A DNA stretch of 64,000 nucleotides from positions 1-64,000 of the IMG/VR virus record IMGVR_UViG_3300036861_000330; one strand, given 5' to 3'. A program made the position numbers and the translations under genes. Below are positions 22,218 through 30,787 of this stretch, piece by piece. Position 1 is the stretch's first letter, and every line of letters begins with the position of its first letter. The notes beneath the pieces were generated by a model. It did not search any database, had not been told where the DNA came from, and saw only the letters and a program-made list of their open reading frames with translations. This stretch comes from a virus.

Positions 22218-22306
22218 GGCGAGTTGGCAGAGTCAGGTCGATTGCGTCCGCCTGCTAAGCGGATAGAGTTTAATCGCTCTCGTGGGTTCAAATCCCGCAC
22301 TCGCCG
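22218..22306 (+). tRNA. tRNA-Ser(GCT)
   Basis: Cloverleaf with long variable arm. Confidence 0.9.
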
Positions 22307-22317
22307 CAAAAGTGCAA

Positions 22318-22390
22318 TGGCATGTGGGGTAATTTGGTAGCCCGCAAGGTTCTGGTCCTTGTCGTCTAGGTTCGAGTCCTAGCGTGCCAG
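22318..22390 (+). tRNA. tRNA-Gln(CTG)
   Basis: Cloverleaf. Confidence 0.9.
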
Positions 22391-22655
22391 CAAAAGGAAA
22401 GGAGTTGACGGATGAGCAGTGACAGTACACAGTACCAACAGTCATTTCCAGAGTGCTGGACGGTCTTTGACAAGCGAACGGATCGCCGTTGTACAAACGT
22501 TTCCTTTCCATCCAAAGAACTCGCGGACCAGCAAATCGCGCAGTGGGTCGAGCGAGATAAGCGAGGGAAGCGACAGGACGTGCACGATCTCATTCCACAC
22601 ATGGAAGCACGACGGGTTTGGTAACCGAGAAGGGTACTGCGAAAGTGACTGACTG

Positions 22656-22727
22656 TGGCGATTAGTGTAACAGGCAGCACACGAGGTTTTGGTCCTCGTA
22701 GTCTGAGTTCGAATCTTAGATCGCCAG
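22656..22727 (+). tRNA. tRNA-Gln(TTG)
   Basis: Cloverleaf. Confidence 0.9.
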
Positions 22728-22738
22728 CGAACTGAAAC

Positions 22739-22811
22739 GGCCGCGTAGCTCAGGGGAAAGAGCATCTGGTTCCGAACCAGAAGGTCGCAGGTTCGATTCC
22801 TGTCGCGGTCG
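22739..22811 (+). tRNA. tRNA-Arg(CCG)
   Basis: Cloverleaf. Confidence 0.9.
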
Positions 22812-22821
22812 CACAAAAAGT

Positions 22822-23136
22822 GGCGCCTATAAGATGGCGAAAGTCTACGAGAACGACGGCGCCAAGAAATGCCCGTGTAGCTCAACTGGAAGAGCTGTGC
22901 CCTCTTAAGGCAACGGTTGCAGGTTCAAGTCCTGTCACGGGTACAACGGCGCCTACGAGTCGTTGGAAGCTATAGTTTAGCGGCGCCTATAGAAAGAGCG
23001 AATATCTAGGATTGAACCGGCGCCTAATTGATGCCCGAAAATCTCTACACAGGAGCGGCGCCTATCAGGTACACGAAAATCTGAACGACTTGCGGCGCCT
23101 GTAGTTGCACCGAAAATCTGTATCGCACGCGGCGCC
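22822..23136 (+). repeat. TIGR-like arrays (22822-22863, 1 unit; 22947-23136, 5 units)
   Basis: CGGCGCCT and CGAAAATCT alternate with ~37-nt period between tRNAs. Confidence 0.9.
22871..22943 (+). tRNA. tRNA-Lys(CTT)
   Basis: Cloverleaf. Confidence 0.9.
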
Positions 23137-23142
23137 AGTATT

Positions 23143-23218
23143 GCCCGTGTAGCTCAACTGGCAGAGCCCCTGACTTTTAATCAGGATGTTGCAGGTTCGA
23201 TTCCTGTCACGGGTACCA
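23143..23218 (+). tRNA. tRNA-Lys(TTT)
   Basis: Cloverleaf with CCA. Confidence 0.92.
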
Positions 23219-23276
23219 AGAATTGGAGTAACCATACGAAGGTTGTTAGCTTTACGAAAGTAGTAAACATGAGTAA

Positions 23277-23350
23277 GCGGGTGTGCGCAAACTGGCAAAG
23301 CGGCTTGTCTTAGGAACAAGTGTATGAGAGTTCGACTCTCTCCACCCGTA
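23277..23350 (+). tRNA. tRNA-Leu(TAG)
   Basis: Cloverleaf, short variable arm. Confidence 0.85.
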
Positions 23351-23405
23351 CAGGGTAAGGAACCAACACCGAAAAGGAACACGTACACAAAGGAAACTGA
23401 TTCAA

Positions 23406-23903
23406 TTGTCCCAGCATGATATTGCATTCACAGTTGACATTGCAGGCTCCTCAGCGGAGTATGTGCAGTTGACTACCCACCGCGAGTTCTACGATAACGA
23501 AGAGATGTGGGTCGAGACTGTCAACGGTCGCGTCCGCAAAGCCGAAATTGACAAGGCAAAGCAGAAGGCAAAAGCCAAGAGTCGAGTTCGCTACGACGAG
23601 TACGGCGGCTTGGTTGACGACAATGACGACGACCTCCGCGCACAGGTCGAGGAACTGATCGCAGAGAAGCGGAAGAGCAAGACCGCCGAGCAGAACCCTG
23701 CTGCGCTTGAACACAAGGCCACCATTCGGATGCCAGTTGCCGACGCGGTTGGGTTCCAGACGGGCCGCTGGTACCGGCTCCGGTTTGAGCCAGTTGACGA
23801 GGGTGTAAGCCTTCGCAGCTTCTTTACGCAAGACCAGCGTGAAACGGCCGCTGTTGAGCGTAACCAGGAATCGTCCAGGCAGCAAGCAGCTCCAACCAAG
23901 TAA
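23406..23903 (+). CDS. Hypothetical protein
   Basis: 165 aa, AAGGA SD. Confidence 0.7.
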   Translation: MSQHDIAFTVDIAGSSAEYVQLTTHREFYDNEEMWVETVNGRVRKAEIDKAKQKAKAKSRVRYDEYGGLVDDNDDDLRAQVEELIAEKRKSKTAEQNPAALEHKATIRMPVADAVGFQTGRWYRLRFEPVDEGVSLRSFFTQDQRETAAVERNQESSRQQAAPTK

Positions 23904-23915
23904 CAAGCCACGCAG

Positions 23916-23974
23916 TAGCAAACGGCGTCTAAACTCAAGCCGAGAATCTTATACTTTGGCGGCGCCGTTTGCTA
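23916..23974 (+). repeat. Single TIGR-like unit enclosed by a stem
   Basis: TAGCAAACGGCGTC...GGCGCCGTTTGCTA. Confidence 0.8.
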
Positions 23975-24025
23975 TCCTTACCCTTGCGTGCGCAGTAAAA
24001 ACTTAGAAGGAGGAAACCAAAAGAA

Positions 24026-24421
24026 ATGAACTATGAGCATCTGATCATCCGCGTGCCACATATTAACACCGAATATGCATATGAAGAAGGTGAGAAATTC
24101 GATATCACTAAGGGTGGTATAGTTAAACACCACGCGGAGGTGGTTGCGAAAGGCAAACTAGCTGAACGCGCGTACCGTCTAGCAAAGGATGGCCGTTCAT
24201 CCGGAGCACCATTTATGCAAAGTACAACACTTGGAGAAATCCCTGGTGAGTCAGCTCGCCGCTCGATGATTCGTTTTCGGAAAAGCACAACATATGGAGG
24301 AATCCCTGGCGTTATTGGAACGCTCCATCCAGGCGATGAGGTAATCGTCAGCGTTTCACGGACTGGGTATACATACAAGGCGGTTGTCGAGACCGTGTTC
24401 GAGCCGTACCTGCCAAAGTAG
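24026..24421 (+). CDS. Hypothetical protein
   Basis: AGGAGG SD, 131 aa. Confidence 0.7.
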   Translation: MNYEHLIIRVPHINTEYAYEEGEKFDITKGGIVKHHAEVVAKGKLAERAYRLAKDGRSSGAPFMQSTTLGEIPGESARRSMIRFRKSTTYGGIPGVIGTLHPGDEVIVSVSRTGYTYKAVVETVFEPYLPK

Positions 24422-24423
24422 CA

Positions 24424-24726
24424 AGCGCCTTTCGAAACGGCGAAAAGCTAAGAACCTGTCGGCGCCTGTACATGACACGAACATCTGCTGTGGAAGCGGC
24501 GCCTGGATGAGGAACGAAAATCTATTGATCCTACGGCGCCTATGATAACGGCGAGAGTCTATTGATCCGACGGCGCCTATGATACCGGCGAGAAGCTGAA
24601 ATGCCCCCGGCGCCTACTATGAAGGCGAAAGTCTAGTACCTCCCCGGCGTCTGTCGAGCGGGCGAAAAGCTAATAACTGACCGGCGCCTAGGGCAGCATC
24701 GAATGTCTAAAGCTCGACGCGGCGCT
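24424..24726 (+). repeat. TIGR-like array, 8 units
   Basis: CGGCGCC at 24497, 24534, 24571, 24608 (exact 37-nt period). Confidence 0.95.
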
Positions 24727-24731
24727 GAGTT

Positions 24732-24804
24732 GCGGGCGTAGCTCAATTGGCAGAGCACTGCGTTGCCAACGCAGAGGTTACGGGTTCGAGCCCCGTTGTC
24801 CGCT
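24732..24804 (+). tRNA. tRNA-Gly(GCC)
   Basis: Cloverleaf. Confidence 0.92.
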
Positions 24805-24821
24805 CGGTGCATTTGTATAGT

Positions 24822-24938
24822 GGCGCTTGTCGTACTCCCGAAAAGCTGTTCGGAAAACGGCGCCTACGTTCAAGGCGAAAGCTGTGACATCATCGGCGCC
24901 TCTGTTCCCTGCGAAAAGCTATATAATGCACGGCGCCT
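24822..24938 (+). repeat. TIGR-like array, 3 units
   Basis: Same consensus. Confidence 0.9.
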
Positions 24939-24969
24939 TCATACAGGACGAGTAGCTAAGGAGTGACCG

Positions 24970-25152
24970 GTGCTTACTCCGCGTGACCCAAACAGGATTC
25001 CAGCAATACTAGAAATGTTGAAGCAAGTCTGGACACGGTACCCAGACTGGCGGCTGGGGCAACTCATTGAAAACCTTGATATCTCGTTTTTCACCGAGGA
25101 TGACGAGGCACTTCGTAAGCTGCACGAATACGAGTTTGATACTGGCCTCTGA
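24970..25152 (+). CDS. Small phage protein (YihD/DUF1040-like)
   Basis: RDPNRIPAILEMLKQVWTRYPDWRLGQLI. Confidence 0.7.
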   Translation: MLTPRDPNRIPAILEMLKQVWTRYPDWRLGQLIENLDISFFTEDDEALRKLHEYEFDTGL

Positions 25153-25155
25153 AAT

Positions 25156-25346
25156 GGCGCCTAACGCCGCTTCGAATAACTATGAACTAGACGGCGCCTA
25201 AAGAGCTAGCGAAAAACTGAGTGCAGGTCGGCGCCTGTATCAACAGCGAAAGTCTGTGCAGATCTCGGCGCCTATAGGTTTAACGAAAATCTGTGCGGAT
25301 CTCGGCGCCTGTGACATGAGCGAAAAACTGAATGCAGCTCGGCGCC
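25156..25346 (+). repeat. TIGR-like array, 5 units
   Basis: Same consensus, ends 4 nt before tRNA-Ile. Confidence 0.92.
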
Positions 25347-25350
25347 AAAG

Positions 25351-25426
25351 GGGCTTGTAGCTCAGTCAGGTTATGAGCGCTGCTCTGATAAAGCAGAGGT
25401 CGATGGTTCAAATCCATCCAAGCCCA
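25351..25426 (+). tRNA. tRNA-Ile(GAT)
   Basis: Cloverleaf. Confidence 0.92.
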
Positions 25427-25468
25427 CTTAGTGGGAGTCGATTACAAGAAAATGGAAAGGAAGAAGAG

Positions 25469-25939
25469 ATGACAATGCTGTCAGAAGCGCTAACACGGCG
25501 CGGCGACTTGATGAAAAAGCTTGTTGATCTTCGTGACCGTACAACTGCAAACGCACGGTTCCAGGAGGGAAGCGAGGCACAGGAAGACCCGAAAAAGCTG
25601 ATGGAGCAGTGGCTTACGGCAGCAAATGAACTAGCCGAACTCATTGCACGGATCAACCTGACGAACTCAGCGACACCGTTTGACGACGTTAATACGTTAA
25701 CCAACGTACTGGCAAAGCGAGAAGCACTTGGCCGAAGTCGAAAGTTTTACACTGAGCTTGCCGACGCAGCCTCAGGACGTGGCAAGCGTGTACTATGGCG
25801 CTACAGCAAGGACGAGATCCGTACACTGACCACGCTTGACGTGCCAGAGCTACGGCGACTGTCTGACGACACGGCCGCTGAGTACCGTAAGCTTGACCAG
25901 CAAATTCAGCGGCTCAACTTCACGACAGAACTTTTGTAA
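25469..25939 (+). CDS. DIP1984-family coiled-coil protein
   Basis: MLSEALTRRGDL...QEG..AQEDP...IARINLTN...QIQRLNFTTEL. Confidence 0.8.
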   Translation: MTMLSEALTRRGDLMKKLVDLRDRTTANARFQEGSEAQEDPKKLMEQWLTAANELAELIARINLTNSATPFDDVNTLTNVLAKREALGRSRKFYTELADAASGRGKRVLWRYSKDEIRTLTTLDVPELRRLSDDTAAEYRKLDQQIQRLNFTTELL

Positions 25940-26016
25940 GAACTCGACGGGAGTCTACGGCCACTCGTGAGAGCCCGTTAGGAGGGCGCCCACGACGACT
26001 CCCGTCGAGTACAACG

Positions 26017-26255
26017 CCAAGGTAGTTGGTAGCCAAAACAAACAAGAGCGAGTGCAACAGTGACTCCTTGTCACCAGGCTTGAAACCTGGCCACTGTGTG
26101 CGTTGGAGCCGTACGTACTTGCAAATGCGTTTACAGGGCACCGAGCAGCTCCATCGTACCGAGTACATACGCGGATGTGTCCAACTGTTCACCGCGCACG
26201 ACCACTGCACTGACTTGTGAATTTTGGTGAGGGTGGGACAGGGGACCACCTTGGC
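26017..26255 (+). ncRNA. Candidate structured RNA downstream of the DIP1984-family gene
   Basis: Closed by GCCAAGGT/ACCTTGGC; internal hairpins; no credible ORF. Confidence 0.5.
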
Positions 26256-26352
26256 AGTAGTAGAAATGGCGTCTAGTTAGCTTACGAAAATCTGTTATAG
26301 ATGCGGCGCCTATTGCGGGAACGAAAATCTGTACGTGCGTCGGCGCCATAAC

Positions 26353-26425
26353 GGAACCGTAGCTCAGTCGGCAGAGCACCTGGCTGAAAACTAGGGGGTC
26401 GCCCGTTCAATCCGGGCCGGTTCCA
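26353..26425 (+). tRNA. tRNA-Phe(GAA)
   Basis: Cloverleaf. Confidence 0.9.
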
Positions 26426-26427
26426 TT

Positions 26428-26501
26428 GGGGGCATAGCTCAATTTGGAAGAGCATCTGCTTTGCATGCAGAAGGTTTGGGGTTCGAGTCCCCATGTCTCC
26501 A
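26428..26501 (+). tRNA. tRNA-Ala(TGC)
   Basis: Cloverleaf with G3:U70. Confidence 0.92.
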
Positions 26502-26507
26502 CATTAT

Positions 26508-26581
26508 GGGGCGTATTTCACTGGTTGTGGAAGCGAGGCTTATATCCCCGTTAGAGCAGAGTTCGATCCTCTGGCGCCCTA
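26508..26581 (+). tRNA. tRNA-Ile(TAT), atypical
   Basis: Good acceptor and T arms, CTTATAT loop, weak D arm and one anticodon-stem mismatch. Confidence 0.6.
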
Positions 26582-26645
26582 CAATTATCATGTGAACCAA
26601 TTCACAAAGTAAATTTTCACGTTTTTGGGAAATTTTGAGTTTTGC

Positions 26646-26718
26646 GGTCCCGTCGTCTAGCGGCCTAGGATTGAACTCCTTCAAAGTTCGGACGCCGGTT
26701 CGAATCCGGTCGGGACTA
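26646..26718 (+). tRNA. tRNA-Glu(TTC)
   Basis: Cloverleaf. Confidence 0.88.
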
Positions 26719-26769
26719 CAAATGGCGCCTGTAGCTGCCACGAAAATCTATCCGAGATTCGGCGCCAAT

Positions 26770-26844
26770 GGCCAGATGAAGGGAATTGGCATACCTGGAA
26801 TACTTAAAATATTCCGCTTGTGGGTTCGAGTCCCACTCTGGCCA
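26770..26844 (+). tRNA. tRNA-Leu(TAA)
   Basis: Cloverleaf, short variable arm. Confidence 0.85.
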
Positions 26845-26853
26845 CCTACGTAA

Positions 26854-26928
26854 GGCCAAGTGACGGGAACTGGTATACCTCGAATACTCAAAATATTCGG
26901 TTTGTGGGTTCGAATCCCACCTTGGCTA
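26854..26928 (+). tRNA. tRNA-Leu(CAA)
   Basis: Cloverleaf, paralogue of the preceding tRNA. Confidence 0.85.
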
Positions 26929-26979
26929 CGACGGCGCCTAGTACCCATGGCGAAAATCTATGATTGCGCCGGCGCCAGT

Positions 26980-27054
26980 GGCTCCATCGTTCAGTCAGGT
27001 CTAGGACGCCAGATTGTCAATCTGGTAACGCGGGTTCGAATCCCGTTGGAGCCG
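26980..27054 (+). tRNA. tRNA-Asp(GTC)
   Basis: Cloverleaf. Confidence 0.92.
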
Positions 27055-27180
27055 CAAGTGGCGCCTATGGATGAACTGCAACGCTAATGGCCGAGCGGCG
27101 CCTGTTCCATGGTCGAAAATCTATTGGTCAGACGGCGCCTGTTACACAGTCGAAAATCTATTGGCCTGACGGCGCCAACT

Positions 27181-27251
27181 GCCCCCATCGTTTATTGGTA
27201 GGATCGTAGGTTCTCAACCTACAGAAGTGGGTTCAATTCCCACTGGGGGCA
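27181..27251 (+). tRNA. tRNA-Glu(CTC)
   Basis: Cloverleaf. Confidence 0.88.
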
Positions 27252-27652
27252 CGAAAGGAGGGAACCATAATGATGTCTGATATCAGTATCGTCTTAGATG
27301 AACGGATGACATGGAAAGAGCGAGAAGAACTCGCACAACAGGTCTTTGAACTAGTCAATAGCAAGTGGAGTGAACGGTACTCCAACTCAGTTTATGGTCC
27401 ATGGCCTGGGGAGTTTGATGAATATCGATTTAAGGTTAGGGAGACGTAATGTGGGTTCGTGTTGAAGAAGACGATCGTATGAAAACCATCTATCTTGATG
27501 TCGCAGCGAAAGCTGGTAGCCTTGAAAACTATATTCACATGCCAAGAGAGTTATACGATGAGTGGCGCGGTGCACAGGACGCGCTTGAGCGCGTAGAGAG
27601 TAAGATCCGTTTATTCGTAGCAGATCAGGACGGAGTTATTCATTAGTGGTAT

Positions 27653-27735
27653 GCGTTAGCGCCGAAGTTGGAGAGTCGGGCCTGTCTGTAACACAGGTGC
27701 CACTGGCTGAGCTGGTTCGAATCCAGTCTAACGCA
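27653..27735 (+). tRNA. tRNA-Tyr(GTA)
   Basis: Cloverleaf with variable arm. Confidence 0.88.
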
Positions 27736-27759
27736 CTGTCGAACAATTGGAGGGAGCAC

Positions 27760-28140
27760 GTGGCAAGTCATACGTACAAGGACGAACCATCAGGCGATGA
27801 GTTCCAGTTTCACTACCCTGATGACTTTGGCGGTGACATTCTTGTCACGATACCGTCACCACGGCTTAAGGAAGATACTCCGTCAACAACGGTGACAGTG
27901 CGAATTCCAGCAGCGGCCCTGATTGATCTCGTGACCGGACATTTTCGCTCACGAGTTGTCGAAGACATCTATAGTATGGATAACAAGGAGTTTATTGGAT
28001 GGCTCCTCTCGACGGAGCGACACACGACTGCGGACAGCAATGGGGGTTTAACCCAGCGCTCTGCCCATGTACAACTAAACAAGCCGACTACTACTCGTTC
28101 AAAGACACCCATGAAACGAAAACGCTCGCCGACAAGCTGA
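27760..28140 (+). CDS. Hypothetical protein
   Basis: GGAGGGAG SD then GTG; the longer ORF call overlaps tRNA-Tyr. Confidence 0.65.
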   Translation: MASHTYKDEPSGDEFQFHYPDDFGGDILVTIPSPRLKEDTPSTTVTVRIPAAALIDLVTGHFRSRVVEDIYSMDNKEFIGWLLSTERHTTADSNGGLTQRSAHVQLNKPTTTRSKTPMKRKRSPTS

Positions 28141-28795
28141 GCACAAGCGTTGGCATCTTTCGAGGATCACTATGAAGATCCGAATCCCACACAAGCCAGA
28201 CTGGGAGTTTATCGGCTGGCGAACAGACCGTGAACCACCACGCAGAGTCATTCGCTGCAAGAAATGCCCCAAAATCATTGCACTTCGTGACCCATTTGCT
28301 AGACCACCAAGGAGAAGACACTAACGTGGGCGCACGGTTTACTCTCAGACGAGAGTGTTTCAGAATCAAAGCACCAGTTGCACTTCCTGACGAAGAAGGC
28401 GAAGTTCTCAGCGCCGAAGTCGGTGATCTCGTTGCAACGCTCAGGCTCAATCTTGAACTCGAACTCAAGACGCTTTACCCAGAGCTTACACTCGAGTGGG
28501 AGGCATAATGCACCAGCCAGAAGACGAATGGAGCGACCGGTTTGAATACTTGCTCTACCGAGACTGGTACTCGTGGCGGCGAATCTTCAACAAATACTGG
28601 TGGAAGGGCCAAAAACGAGCCTTCTACCAGCGTCTCAAGCGGCTCCGTCCAAAGCCCCACAGGGGCTAGGCTGCACCTCATATACTCCGCCCCGATGCTC
28701 ATATACACCCTCTGTGGGCTCGACTGCCGGTGCCTCAAACCGTGTCCGACTTGTGACGATTGACCGAGAGGAGCGTTCTCGCCGAAGGGAGTCAA

Positions 28796-29203
28796 ATGGC
28801 AGAATCGGCCATGTATATGCATTGCCTGAGAGTCTATAAGGCAATGGAGAGTGAGTCCGTCACGATTGACGGTGAGCAAATTTACAAAGGTCACTTGTCG
28901 GTGATGATGCGAGATCAGTTGGGATTACCAACGCCATACTACTCGTTCATTAAAAATACACTTGAGCATGATCTTCACTGTATTGAACAGCAAAAGCGTG
29001 GTGGAGGTACAGCACTTTCTGAATGGCGCCTGCTCATACCACCTGACCGACTTCTATTTGAGCAAATTGATCCAGACAAGCGACCAGCAAAAAGCGGTAA
29101 CACACAAATGCTTCTGCAATCGGTTGCGTCGCTCTCTGCAAGAGTGCTCGAACTAGAACGTCAGGTTATGCTGCTTACGAAGCAGCAAAAGAAAGTAGGG
29201 TAG
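28796..29203 (+). CDS. Hypothetical protein
   Basis: GGGAG SD, 135 aa. Confidence 0.7.
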   Translation: MAESAMYMHCLRVYKAMESESVTIDGEQIYKGHLSVMMRDQLGLPTPYYSFIKNTLEHDLHCIEQQKRGGGTALSEWRLLIPPDRLLFEQIDPDKRPAKSGNTQMLLQSVASLSARVLELERQVMLLTKQQKKVG

Positions 29204-29227
29204 GCGCCCTTCAAAAAGGACTGTCTG

Positions 29228-29551
29228 TTGGCGACAACTGACTGGGAAACGGCAAGTCACTGCCCACGTTGTGGCGAGTCAGGTCGAAAAGTTGGCACTC
29301 GTCGTGTTGTGATGCGAATTGGGTCAACAGCACATATTTTGATGTGCGAAAATAAGCAGTGCAGGTGGTTTGGAACAACCTGGATTGTGCAGGTTGACAA
29401 AGACGGTTCGATTCCTATCAGGGAGCAAGGTGCAAAGCAGTTTCCCAAGCTCCCAGAGATTAGTGAAGAAAAGTTCCAAGAACAGCTCGACCGACAGCTT
29501 AAGCTAGAGACCAAGGCAGGCGCAGAGATACGAAACCAATTAGCAAACTGA
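29228..29551 (+). CDS. Zn-ribbon hypothetical protein
   Basis: CPRC...CENKQC. Confidence 0.7.
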   Translation: MATTDWETASHCPRCGESGRKVGTRRVVMRIGSTAHILMCENKQCRWFGTTWIVQVDKDGSIPIREQGAKQFPKLPEISEEKFQEQLDRQLKLETKAGAEIRNQLAN

Positions 29552-30787
29552 ACTCGGGTGGAAGACTATGGACTATAGAGTTGAGACGGACTATGGGGTC
29601 TTCGTTATTCGAGTAGATGCAAGTGGAGTCGTTTATGCCGCGGCACCGATTGCAAAATGGACAGTTGGCAAGTACTGGCCAGACGTGCAGAAGTATTATA
29701 AGCAACTAGGTGCGTGTACGGTACTCGATATCACGGAGGGCTAAGTGGCTGGACAGTCAAAGGAAAAGGGTTCCAAGTCTGGCCGCAAGCGGAGGAAGCC
29801 GTGCCAGCAACGCTACGTCGCAAATAACCAGAGGAGCAAGAACAAGCTGCGACGTGTCATGAGGTGTAATGGCGAGACCTTCGCGATCCAGTGGCAACAA
29901 CGGTACTATGTGCAAGGTGACCGGCCAGCACTACAAAAGAAACAGACGTTACCAAAGATTAAGGAGAAGGCGAAACGAAAGTGACTACCGTTCAAGAAGA
30001 CAAGACCATTACTGAAGTGAACAGTGAAATTCAAGACTACGTAAGTAAGCATGGGATCGGGCTCGACAATGTCCTGCTTCGACTGCTTGCAGAGCTTGAT
30101 CATGCAGTGCAGAGTAGCCAATGATCGGAACCTTTCTCTGGGTCGTTCTAGTAATCGTTGTCGTGATAGTTATACTTATATCATGGGCTGGCGCGGGGGT
30201 ACTGCTTCTTGAGAAGGACGAAGTAAAACGTGGCGTTGCACTTTTGTTGTTTGCGTTGCTGTTCACTGCACTCGTCATTGCACTCGCAGTTCACAACATC
30301 TCATTTGACACTGATCGTCCTGTCTGTGGCTACGACGAAGGCAAGTACAGCCGCACACCTGTTCATTGCGACTACCCACTGGAATCGCATTTCGGGTATC
30401 AAACGTGAACCGGTTCACAAGGTGCATTTCCTCGTTTTTTGGGAACTGAACGAAGGGGGTGGCATTGCGTTCGACTGGTAGATTGCAGGACGCCTTGTGG
30501 GACCTACTAATCGGTCACACCGCAGGTGACGGGACATTTTTTGAAGGCAAACTTGCAGAGCTTCCGTGGGAACGGACCAGTACCGTTATCAATGACATCG
30601 TTGATGTTGTACTCCTCAACTACCCAGAGCTTGCAGACTGCGAAGCACGGCTCGAAGCTGAGCGGAAAAACAGTGATGCTCGTGTTGACAACTTGCTTGC
30701 AAAGGTTCGAGACCAGCAACATGAACTTCAACGGTTAAATACGACGGTTGGGTCACTTCGAGCAGCGAACCGACACACTCCGAAGAG

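Larger units (their letters stand above)
26268..27177 (+). repeat. TIGR-like mini-arrays between tRNAs (26268-26347, 26724-26766, 26933-26976, 27060-27177)
   Basis: 2, 1, 1 and 3 units. Confidence 0.9.

Noticed and set aside
21283-27087. ORFs overlapping tRNAs and arrays (e.g. 21303, 22146, 24763, 26635, 26860)
   Set aside because: These are incidental translations of RNA genes and repeats.
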